Shown here: positions 1-10,447 of the stretch, in pieces
How positions within the stretch are numbered: position 1 is the first letter of the stretch
Layout: the number at the start of each line of letters is the position of its first letter
NCBI GenBank assembly: GCA_002269645.1
Contig: NIVC01004382.1
Span: 1 to 47,940, forward strand
DNA: 47,940 nt
From: Macrostomum lignano
Taxonomy: Eukaryota
Direction: 5' to 3'
Notes under the pieces: generated by a model
Told to the model about the DNA's origin: nothing
Databases searched by the model: none
What the model saw: only the letters and a program-made list of their open reading frames with translations
Translations under genes and position numbers: made by a program

Positions 1-2062
1 GCTTTTCCTGGACATTGAGGGGGCCTTCGACAACGTCATCTTCGAGGCCTTTTGCAGAGCCCTGAATCCAGGGCCACGCACCTCACCTTCCGGTGGATCA
101 TGTTCATGATCGCGAAACCGCACTGTTGTGGCCCACCTGAGCGGCAGCTCTCTTTCGGTGCTGTCCTGAAAGGGGCCCCCAGGGCGGCGTTCTCACCCCG
201 TTCTCTGGAACATGTCATGGATGAGTTGCTTTGCAGTGATCTCCACGACCCATTCTCAAGGTGGGCTATGCCGATGATGTGACCGCGATATTCGCGGCCC
301 CCGGTTGATACCATCAGAGACCTTCTGCAGGGCTTTCTGGGACGAGCGGAGCGTTGGGCAGACCAATGTGGCCTTAGACTCTCAGAGTCGAAAACCACAG
401 CAGTCATGTTTACCAACAAACTGCTCTGGACCATTAAGCCCCTCACCCTCTATGGAAAGAATATTTCCATGGAGAAGCAGGTCCGCTGCCTGGGCCTCAC
501 TCTGGACCACAGCTTAACTGGACTCCGCACATTCAAACTAAAGCAAAAAAGCCCTGGCTGTACTGGCCAGATCAGGCGCGCCGTGGGCACCACCTGGGGG
601 CTCACCCCAGGAAGCTGTGGTGGATTACACTGCCATCATCCGCCCCTCGATCAGTTACGCCAGCCTCGTGTGGGCTAGCGGCCTGAGCGTCAAGAGCAAC
701 CTCGACGCTCTCTACAAAATCCAGGGCAGAGCCTGCCGCATGACTATGGCGCTCCACCCTCTACTCCTTTTGAAGGCATGAATGCTTCCTCTGCGCCCCT
801 CCTTTGGATATTTATATCAAAGGAGAGCGGCGAAGAGCACCCGGCGTCTTCTGGATGCTGGGTGCCTTCAGAAAGTGCGGGCCTTTAAGAAGCGTCGCTT
901 ATCCCGCACTCTGACCTCTGCCTCAAGGCTCTGGAGGAGTGTGGCGGCTCAACATCCTCACGGACTCGATCCCAGCCACCCTTCTCCTGAGCCAAAGGTA
1001 TAAGGTCACCATTCAGCCTCGACACGAGGCGAGTGACAGCTGGAGCGACTCTGAAGTCCACTGTTACACTGACGGCTCTATGAGGCATGGTCTTTCAGGC
1101 TTCGGAGCTTGCGTCTTCTTCAAGGGAGAAGTGGTGTGGAGCTACTCCCAGCACACTGGGCTCAACTCCAGTGTTTTTCAGAGCGAGGTGCTTGCCATCA
1201 GCTCCTGCGCGGCAGAGCTGCGCCGAAGGCAGCTTAGCGGCCGGAAATTTATTTTTCACTCTGACAGCCAAGCAGCCCTTCGGGCCCTCTGCCGCAGCAC
1301 CGCCAGCTCCAGGTCCGTCCTGGACTGCAACACCCAGCTCAACGGGCTTGCGCTAGGCAACCAGGTGGAGCTCAGATGGATCCCGGGCCACGCCGGCTTC
1401 CTCGGCAACGAGCGCGCTGACCTGCTGGCCAAGGCTGGCTCCGCCGGCGCGCTATTGGGCCGGGCCCGGGTGCCCCCATCCCCGCCTCGGTGATCAATTC
1501 CCGCGTTAAGCGCTGGGCTGACTCCGAGCATCTCCGCAGGTGGCACGACACCCGGAATTGTAGGCAATCCCGTGCTGCCGTCCCCTGTCCCTCTCCTCTC
1601 CTGCGTAGAGCCCTGCTCAGGCTCAACCGCAGAGACCTCAGAGCAGTTAGCATGGCCCTCTCCGGGCATGGCTGCTTCTCTCGCACACGCTTCCTTCAGG
1701 GCCAAGTACCCGAGGAGCGGTGCCTTCTGCCGCTCAGGCAGTGAAAACGCCGAGCATTTTATCTGCCACTGCCCGGTTTTCACCAGGGCCAGGCTTACTC
1801 ACCTCGGGCCAAACCCGGTTCTCTCCGACGTTGCAGGCCGAGAGCATCCCACTGCTCGCCCGCCTCAGGGACACCGGACGAGCTGATTTCTTCCCCACCG
1901 TCGTGAGGAGGACCGCGCTGCAGGCGAGACCGACGGGTCCCCTGAGCGACACCACTTCAACGGAAGTCGTTGGTCGCCAGGGGCTAGCGGAATGGGCGGT
2001 CTCCTCCGCCTCCTCGCTGCATCCGCCGGACGCCCCCTGCAGCTAAGTCAAGTAAGTCAAGT
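1..2062 (+). mobile_element. Non-LTR retrotransposon copy 1 (LOA/Lian-like): RT C-half, RNase H, CCHC finger and 3' tail; frameshifted, runs off the window start
   Basis: Piecewise translation gives LFLDIEGAFDNVIFEAF, GYADD, CLGLTLDH, HCYTDGS, FQSEVLAI, FHSDSQAAL, WIPGHAGFLGNERADLLAK and a C-x2-C...EHFICHC region, collinear with ORF2 at 11993-15733. Ends CCCCTGCAGCTAAGTCAAGTAAGTCAAGT like copy 2. Confidence 0.93.
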
Positions 2063-2083
2063 GGGTGAGTGAGAGATACTGTC

Positions 2084-2455
<372 letters not shown>

Positions 2456-2574
2456 TCTGTCGGTTTGTTTGTCTTTCTTAGTATCTGGGTTGGTGTCTAG
2501 GTTGGTACCTACCTTTTTGTTTGACCGCCTGTCCGCCTGTTTGTTTTTAAATCTTAGAAACATTCAGTAGTTAA

Positions 2575-2831
2575 CAGTAGAAAGACCATGGGGGTGCATT
2601 TCGAATGCTCACATTTTTCTTTGTCTGGATCGCCAAAATATTCAAGCAATAGCCAATAAAATGCAGAACACGGGCTAAAATTTCGGAAAGGGCGGAAAAT
2701 TTTGATTCATATGGTGGAATTTTACGATAATCGGTAATTCGGTTTGCGAGCTATCGTGAAATGGGTCGTGTGTATTTGTAGTACACCCGTGGTCTTTCCC
2801 CATGGGGAAAAATAACGTAGTCTTGCTACTG
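2575..2831. mobile_element. ~257-bp non-autonomous TIR element (MITE-like)
   Basis: CAGTAGAAAGAC at 2575 and GTCTTGCTACTG ending 2831 are inverted (11/12). Flanked by TTAA on both sides (2571-2574, 2832-2835); this could equally be read as a TA TSD with a slightly longer TIR. Confidence 0.7.
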
Positions 2832-2914
2832 TTAAAGCAGGGTTAGAAGCAGCTCTCGTATTCAAGTCACGAAAGGGTAGAATTAATCTATGATGATTGC
2901 TCTACGTCACGCAG

Positions 2915-3038
2915 ACTAGCAAAACTGACTGTTGGACTACGATTCAGCGCAGGGTGTCGGATTCGGTGGATTTCTACCGCAACTGGTCGCAGTACCAAAC
3001 CGGCTTTGGCGAGGGACCCGATGGCAACTACTGGATTG
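2915..3038 (+). CDS. Fibrinogen-related domain (FReD) protein, internal exon
   Basis: CACGCAG acceptor ends 2914; translates [42 protein letters not shown] (WT.IQRR..DF.R.W..Y..GFG...YW.G motif). GT donor at 3039, phase 1, joins the exon at 4564 to give NYWIG|LNALH. Confidence 0.88.
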
Positions 3039-3280
3039 GTAATTGGCTTGTAATGTGCTGTATTCGTTAATATTGCAGGCTATGGTGGCCGAAATAGTTT
3101 AGAATTAACATCTGAATAAATCGTTATTACTGTTAATCAAATCTTTGTAAAATTCAAAAGACGTAAGGGCTATTTAAGCAACTTGAAATGCAATTACATC
3201 GTCGAAAACTATAAAATTGAACATCTTGAAAAGTTGGAACTTTAGTGAGCTTGAAATTTGTTTAAACATACTTATGCTCG

Positions 3281-4432
3281 TACTTACTTACTACTGAGGG
3301 GGGCAGTATGCCGCGATTAGGCCGCGATGCCCCTATCGCCACCCCAAGCTAAAAACTTTTGCCTTGGGGCTGCGCCCACCCTCGCCAGCAGCGGAAGAGC
3401 TCGCAAGAGTGGCGTTTGAGATCTTCATCCGTCCAGAATCCTGAACGAATGCGCGCAGGTCACGGATCCGGTCCGGAGTGGTGAGCTCGTCCAGCCTTAG
3501 CGGGTGACCGAGGTGACGTCTCCGCGCGTCGTTGAAGTGAGGGCAGAAGGTGACGTGGTGCGCCGAGGTTTCCTCCTTAAATCACAGAATGGGCAGATGG
3601 GGGAGCAACCATTTTGCAGTGAAATATGTCTCTGGAAAAAGCCATGGCCAGTGATGACCATGCACATCTCCCTGAGGTCAGTTTTCCTTAAGGAGATTAG
3701 ATATTCGGATACTTTCCGGTTTATGGCAGGCATAGCCTTTCGTGTTTGCCATTATTCGGAGCAGCTATTCCAGTGAACCTGGTGCTGGCGGTTCATCCAA
3801 TCTTGAATTGAATTGAAGTTGGCTGATGACTTCGGAGAAGGTAACTTGACTTAGCTTTGCGCTCCACCCGGGATGCTACCCCGCTTGGCGAGTTGATCCA
3901 CCAGCTCGTTGCCGAGGATTTTGCTATGACCTGGTGTCCAGATAACATTGATCCTGTTGAGAATCGCCAGGGTCTGCAAGCTTTTGGAGCAGTCTAAAAC
4001 TGACTTGGTTGAGAGCTTGATGGAAGACAAGGCCTGGCTGTCAGAGTAAAAGTTTATGTCACAGCTGCTAATGCCAGCCCTGTGAAAATACTCGGCGCAC
4101 TGGTTGATGGCTACAACTTGGATTGAAAAACCAAGACATTCTCACCAAGATGAAGACCTTCTTCTAAGATCGCTTCGCGCTTGTGGAAAATGGCAATGCC
4201 CGCGCCTGCGAGACCATCACACAGGGATCCGCCAGTGAAGCAGTGAATACCCTGGCTTCTCCGGTTGATGCCCACGTCCAGTGGGTGGCTCTCTCGTGGC
4301 GGAAGGGTACATTTGAAGACTTTCCTGAAAATGAGAGTGGGGGTTTCCAGTCCTACACAAGGATGTGTTGAAGATCGCGACGGATGTAATCCAGATGTGG
4401 GATGAGATTCTTCTCAGGCATGAAGCCCAAGG
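3281..4432 (-). mobile_element. Non-LTR retrotransposon copy 3: 5'-truncated, decayed RNase H-CCHC-3' end, antisense within the FReD intron
   Basis: Minus strand gives [54 protein letters not shown] and CPFC, with two in-frame stops and frameshifts. Ends CCCCCTCAGTAGTAAGTAAGTA. No TSD found. Confidence 0.88.
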
Positions 4433-4563
4433 GGGTGTTTTATATACGAGCTACATGTAAATTGAATTTGTGTTAGACGATTTAATGACGTTTTTAGCTC
4501 GGAAATTTCTGTGTCAGAGTCAGGTTGGGGTTATCGTATGTTGCCCCCCCCCCCTACCCGCAG

Positions 4564-4988
4564 GTCTGAATGCTCTACACGCGCTCACCAAAAACGGTTC
4601 ACGGAAGCTGCTGATTCTGATGAGGCTGTGGAATGACAGCGAAGGTTGGGCTGAGTACTCGAGCTTCAGCGTAGGTCCGGAGTCCGACAATTACCGGCTG
4701 ACCGTGTCGGGTTTCTCAGCCAGCGACGGGGTTGGCGACTCCATGGTCTACAGCAACAACCAAAAGTTCACCACATTTGACGCTGATCACGATGCCAGAG
4801 ATGGGAGCAACTGCGCTATAGTTTATATCGGAGCCTGGTGGTACAAGAGCTGCTTCAAATCGCACCTGAATGGACCATACAAGAGTTATTCGGAAGCCAT
4901 CGGAGGTCCCTTCGCCATTGGCGTCATTTGGAGTTTCAACTATGGATTTCATTACTCGCTGAAGGATGTCGAGATGCTGGTTCTATAG
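4564..4988 (+). CDS. Fibrinogen-related domain (FReD) protein, last exon
   Basis: C-rich tract plus CAG acceptor ending 4563. Translation has AEYSSFSVGPESDNYRL, GDSM, KFTTFDADHD, NCA, GAWWYKSCFKSHLNG and SLKDVEML*, typical of a fibrinogen C-terminal domain. The gene's 5' exons are not visible. Confidence 0.92.
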
Positions 4989-5260
4989 GTTTCCATGAAC
5001 AGCTGACTCAAAAGACTACGCTTCTAGTTGACGATCCTCTCAGGTCCTTCAGTTGACCTCAGTATGCACCGATTTAACAAAAGACCAGCTAGCTGGGAAT
5101 GAGGTTTCAATGATGTTTACGAGAGTCATATCAAAAGTGACTCGTTTGTATCAGTTTTAACTCTCGACCAAGGTGAATATATTGAACTGCAACCTCACAC
5201 AAACCTGATTGCATTTCATTTCAACCTGTTAATAAAATCTAAAAATCTAAAAATAAAATA

Positions 5261-5427
5261 AGCATCATGTCAGACATAAAAAAGCGTCATGTCAGACATA
5301 AAAGAAGCGCCATGTCAGACATAAAAGAAGCGTCATGTCAGACATAAAAGAAGCGTCATGTCAGACATAAAAGAAGCGTCATGTCAGACATAAAAGAAGC
5401 GTCATGTCAGACATAAAAGAAGCGTCA
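5261..5427 (+). repeat. 23-bp minisatellite AGCGTCATGTCAGACATAAAAGA, ~7 copies
   Basis: Direct tandem repeat; each unit contains the inverted pair ATGTC-A-GACAT. Confidence 0.95.
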
Positions 5428-5857
5428 CGTGAAACTGTGCTGTGGCTCTTGGGTAGAATTACCGAGACGTCAAGGCTTACCGGGGGGGATTTCTTGAAAG
5501 CCAAGGCTTACGGCTGAGGGGGGGGACTGCTAAGATATCATGGCAGATTTCAGAAGGTACATTTAAAAAAATATTCCATTCTTTGTTGCGATACCCCTTA
5601 CGGGGGGGCGCTGATTGCTAGTTTGATCTAAAAACATCGATCACCATCGATCAATTGTTGTGGAAGAATTCGTTTAGTAAAACAACCACTAAAGTGCAGT
5701 CGCTGCTTCCTGGTCTAAGCTGCCAGTTTAGTTTCTGGGGTTTCTCAGAGAACTTTCTGAACCAAGTCTCGCTCATTTATACATTGCATCCTTACCTCGA
5801 CTCTTGACATTGACGCAAACTACTTTTTAGTTGTACACAAGTCTGAGACTTCTTTAA

Positions 5858-6257
5858 GGGGCCGTATGCAGAAAGCCTAGTCCAGACTAGCTAGTCCGGA
5901 CTTGGGTAGTTCAGTCTATAGTCATAGGGCCGTATGCAGAAAGCTCTGTCTAGGGTAGTCCGGTCTTGAAAAGCTAGTCTAGACTTGGATTTGGTATGCA
6001 GAAACGCAAAGTTAGACCGGTATTCTATAGCAGAATTAGGCTAGCTAGACCATAGACCATAGACTGAACTACCCAAGCCGGCCGGACTAGCTAGTCTGGA
6101 CTAGGCTTTCTGCATACGGCCCATAGTCTATGGTCTAGCTACCCTAGTTCTGCTATAGTAGACCAGTCTAACTTTGTGTTTCTGCATACCAAATCCAAGT
6201 CTAGTCTAGTTTTTCAAGACCGGACTACCCTAGACAGAGCTTTCTGCATACGGCCCC
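5858..6257. mobile_element. Two copies of a ~196-bp MITE, one inserted in inverted orientation into the middle of the other
   Basis: TIR GGGCCGTATGCAGAAAGC at 5859 and 5927, with its complement ending at 6122 and 6256. The inner copy (5927-6122) is the reverse complement of the outer halves and is flanked by ATA/ATA (5924-5926, 6123-6125). Confidence 0.82.
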
Positions 6258-7165
6258 TTGTCTAACACAACTACTATTTATTTTCCTGGCTAAATAAACT
6301 ACTTATAGCGATATCATTTGCAAAACCACAAAACTGGGCCCTGGGGCTACTACTCTTGCAAGAGATTTTAAAGTCGTGAAACCTGCCTCAGAAACAATTC
6401 AGACGTTTACTGCATTTTTCACTAGACAAAAAAATTATTGATAGACTTAAAACTTTGCAACCAAAATCAGTAGGGTTTCTTCTAAATTCCTGTAATTTCT
6501 CTGCAAACTTAGAAACGTGTTGATCTAAAAGACAATTATCTATCTTTTTCTGAACAAGTAAATTCTTAACAGTGCTACTCGAGTAAAAGGAATGGCAACT
6601 CAAAATAAACTACTGAAACCAAAATTTACACAGTTGAAGACAAAAGAATGTATTTATCTTTATTTCAGTTACAGATCAGTTTACATATAGTCTGTGAATC
6701 AAGAGTCAGCTATATGTCAAGACTAGACACTTGCAAGCTAATATAAACAAAAAGCGTCCTCATCTCAACAGTAGAGAGCAGAAATTTTAAAAAGATCTGC
6801 TTAATTTTCAATTAAAGTTGTGAAATTCATTTCCGCATTAAAGTTAGGGTCTGACTACTTCAAAGTAAAACAGCTGAAAAATATCTTTTGATATTGTGAA
6901 AAACTCAAGTTAACAAAATTGTGAACCAAATAAAGACAATCTAGAAAAGCCAGGAATAAGTGTCTTATTGCCACCTGATTGCACATTATTAATTTAAAAT
7001 TATTAGCTGAGACTAACAGAGGCAGTGATCGATTAAACATGGTATAATTTATATATCATAGAAAATGTTACCAGTTCTAAATCTCTATAAAAATAAAATA
7101 GAAAAACAGAAGCTATGATACACAGCCAGTGTTAGGCACTTGAGCTTCCACTCAATCCTCTCACA

Positions 7166-7550
7166 CATAGATAAAGTATACATAGATTCCACCCCTGCCC
7201 CCGCGGAGTGTCTAAATTGTGACCATCACTTTATTCACTGCGCTCCTATTGGCTGGGCCACGCTATGCACATTGAGTCCACGTGTGTACATTCCCCCAAC
7301 TCCGGAACACTTGCGTGTCGACTTCATTCTTGCTAAACTGTTGAAACTGGTAAGACATCCTTTCGTTCCGCGCATTAAAGTTATAAAGCTTTCTTGTGTG
7401 GAAGGGGTGAGGGAATGAAATCGAAGGGGTTGAAAGGAAAGCTTTCGCGCCAGCCAATGAGAGCACGGTGAGTTTTATGGTGGTCAAAGTTTGGACACGA
7501 GCGTGTGTACATTCTGGGCAGGGGTGGAATCTATGTATACTTTATCTATG
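7166..7550. mobile_element. 385-bp non-autonomous hAT-like element
   Basis: 35-bp perfect TIR CATAGATAAAGTATACATAGATTCCACCCCTGCCC, with further imperfect subterminal symmetry. Exact 8-bp TSD CTCTCACA at 7158-7165 and 7551-7558; 8-bp TSDs are characteristic of hAT. Confidence 0.88.
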
Positions 7551-8329
7551 CTCTCACAGCACCCACCTCACCCCAGCACGCACTGATAAGAACTCGCCTC
7601 TCACCCACCCCACTCCGCCCAGCAGCCACCTCACGCCAGCACGCACTGATAAGAATAATGCCACTCACCCACCCCCTTCTGTGCAACACTCGACACCCCA
7701 CGCCAGCACATTAACGACACATCGAGATTTAAAGCAAGTAGAATTTCTACACAAACATTAGTATTCTGACGTTAAGATCGTACATTATTCATAGCATAGC
7801 TCGTATGTAGGCGCTTCATCTCGTTGATATTATTCAACGAACTTGCACAGGCCGCACTACTTGTCGTCAGTAGCCAGTTGCAGGACTGAAAATGTTGATA
7901 GAAATGGGAGAGATTTTAACTGAGGAAGCTGTGGAACTCTTCTCATCTAAAAATCTATTTGAGACAATACATTTACTCAGGAATGAAACACTACAGTCAT
8001 CATTAGCTACATACCGCCATTTTTAACTAAACAGTTCGATAAGTTTGCTTAGGTGAAATTCAACACGGGACAAATTATCCATGCAAGTAAAACACTGGAG
8101 ATGTGATCTCATGCATGATTGTGCAAGTAATCACTCAGTTAATGAGGAAGTTATTCACCCGGTCATTACGGAATCAGAGTCAAAAGGATCATTCTAGCCA
8201 TAAATTCAAGGTGCCAAGGGGTATTATATGTTCACAGTCAAGAGTTAAAGCAGAAAATTACACAGAAATCATATGGATTTGTAAGGCACTTCAGGCAATC
8301 GGTCATAATGTTGAGAGGTCTAAAATCGC

Positions 8330-8940
8330 GAGGTCATGCAGCTACAATGTCATGCAGCCACAAGGTCATATAGCCGCGAGGTCATACACACACGAGGTCA
8401 TACACACACGAGGTCATTCAGCCACGAGGTCATGGAGCCAAGAGGTCACACAGACACGAGGTCATACAGCCACGAAGTCATAAAGTCACGAGGTCATTCA
8501 GCCAGAGTTCATACAGCCAGAGTTCATACACAAACGAGTTCATACACACACGAGATCATACAGCTATGGGGTCATGCAGCCAGAGGTCATACAGACACCA
8601 AATCATACCGACACAAGGTCATACAGACGAGGTCATTCAGCCACGAGGTCATGGAGCCAAGAGGTCATGGAGCCAATAGGTCATGCAGCCAGATGTCATA
8701 CAGCCACGAGGTCATACACAGACACATGGTCATACAGCTACGAGGTCATGCAGCCACGAGGTCATGGAGCCAAGAGGTCATGGAGCCAATAGGTCATGCA
8801 GCCACGAGGTCATAGAGCCAAGGCAGCCACGAGGTCATACAGCCAGAGGTCATTCAGTCACGAGGTCATACAGTCACGAGGTCATACAGTCACGAGGTCA
8901 TACAGTCACGAGGTCATACAGTCACGAGGTCATACAGTCA
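8330..8940 (+). repeat. 16-bp minisatellite GAGGTCATACAGCCAC, ~38 degenerate units
   Basis: Direct tandem repeat, homogenising to GAGGTCATACAGTCAC at its right end. Confidence 0.93.
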
Positions 8941-9033
8941 GTTGTCAAGCAGTGACACTGTGACATTTATGACAGATTTATGATCATTATGGACTCATTG
9001 CTATCAATCAAAGTCAGCTAAAAAGGCTTCAGC

Positions 9034-9247
9034 TCACGTTCGGCCGAACACGCCGGCCAGTTTCGGTCCGGCAGACGAGGCGTCAAACGCGGCATTGTCC
9101 CTGGCGGTCTCTGAATCTCCCGGGATCGAATCCGCGTCGCTGGCGCCGGCTACAGCGGCCGGAGCGGCCAGTTGATCATTCGCCACCAGCACGGTGTTGG
9201 AGACGGCTCGCTGATGCTGACCAGAGGGGTTGAGAACCAGGATGTCG
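9034..9247 (-). CDS. Probable last exon (4) of the CDC50 gene
   Basis: GC-rich island between two satellites. Minus strand has a CTGAC branch-like motif, then CCCGCAG|C GAC ATC... Phase 2 matches the AA|GTGAGT donor at 17310/17309 (AA+C = Asn), and the frame stays open for 70 codons (DILVLNPSGQHQR...VFGRT) to TGA. Confidence 0.55.
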
Positions 9248-9274
9248 CTGCGGGATCGCGGAGTTGATTGGGTC

Positions 9275-9825
9275 AGAGAGTCATTGGGTCATGGAGTCAT
9301 TGGCTCATGGAGTCATTGGCTCATGGAGTCATTGGGTCATGAAGTCATTGAGTCATTGGGTCATGGAGTCATCGGCTTATGGAGTCATTGGCTCATGGAG
9401 TCATTGGGTCATGGAGTCATTGGGTCATTGGGTCATTGAGTCATTGGGTCATGGAGTCATTGGGTCATGGAGTCATTGGGTCATGGAGTCATTGGGTCAT
9501 GGAGTCATTGAGTCATTGGGTCATGGAGTCATCGGCTCATGGAGTCATTGGCTCATGGAGTCAATGAATCATGGAGTCATTGGGTCATGGAGTCATTGGG
9601 TCATGGAGTCATTGGGTCATGGATTCATTGGCTCATGGAGTCATTGGCTCATGGAGTCATTGGCTCATGGAGTCATTGGCTCATGGAGTCATTGGCTCAT
9701 GGAGTCATTGGCTCATGGAGTCATTGGCTCATGGAGTCATTGGCTCATGGAGTCATTGGCTCATGGAGTCATTGGCTCATGGAGTCATTGGCTCATGGAG
9801 TCATTGGCTCATGGAGTCATTTGCT
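9275..9825 (+). repeat. 16-bp minisatellite GGAGTCATTGG(G/C)TCAT, ~34 units
   Basis: Direct tandem repeat; same family as 22850-23800. Confidence 0.96.
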
Positions 9826-10447
9826 TATGTAATCACGAACCATAATAAGTGATAATGAGTTTCAATGAAAAAAATTTGCAAATAATTCACATTTTTATTT
9901 AACGTTAGGCTGCGAAAATACTTCGCAATTGCTCTTTAGCTAAACAATTTCAGCAATGCGATAACTTGTAGATTACAAAAGATAATCAATCTAATGTTAG
10001 ATCTTCATTGATTTGCAATCAAGCTAAACGCTAATGATTTCTACAAAAACACGGGTCGTATTGTCTGCTGATCTTCGTTGTTGGATGACCTCAAACTGAA
10101 AAAATACAGTGCGTTAAGTGCGTTGCTATTCAGAAAACGAATGTAACTCCCCTGATACCCTCCGCCCCTACACTCTTCCGCCTACTAAGAGACAGGGGCG
10201 CCCACCAAGACATACGGGCGGGTCTGGCTCGCCAACCTGCAGGCCGTGGTACTGCTCAACGTACTCTCTAATGCCTAAGGTGTTGACCGTGCCGATGGGC
10301 TGGAAGGCCGGGGAGTAGTCCGGTCGCAAGCGGTCCCCCTCCTGGTGTCGGGCCAGCCTTGAGGGTGCTATTGGCCTACTGCCCGGTCAGGTGGAGCGGC
10401 CGGGTGGGTACCGCGCCCCTTTGAGGGTAGCCCACCAACCTTTTATC

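Noticed and set aside
1986-2050. HDV-like ribozyme in the LINE 3' UTR (TCCTCGC loop, GG, GCTAA)
   Set aside because: No P2 partner for the sequence after GCTAA, and the P1/P3 pairings are not reproduced in copy 2; the three-way junction fits both copies better.
3842-3860. AGCTAAGTCAAGT (same as the LINE tail motif) on the minus strand inside copy 3
   Set aside because: It lies in a frame collinear with ORF2 on both sides, so there is no sign of a junction; treated as coincidence.
8103-9852. HGVIGSWSHWVMESL and ATRSYSHEV repeat ORFs (also 22981-23835)
   Set aside because: Periodic translations of 16-bp minisatellites.
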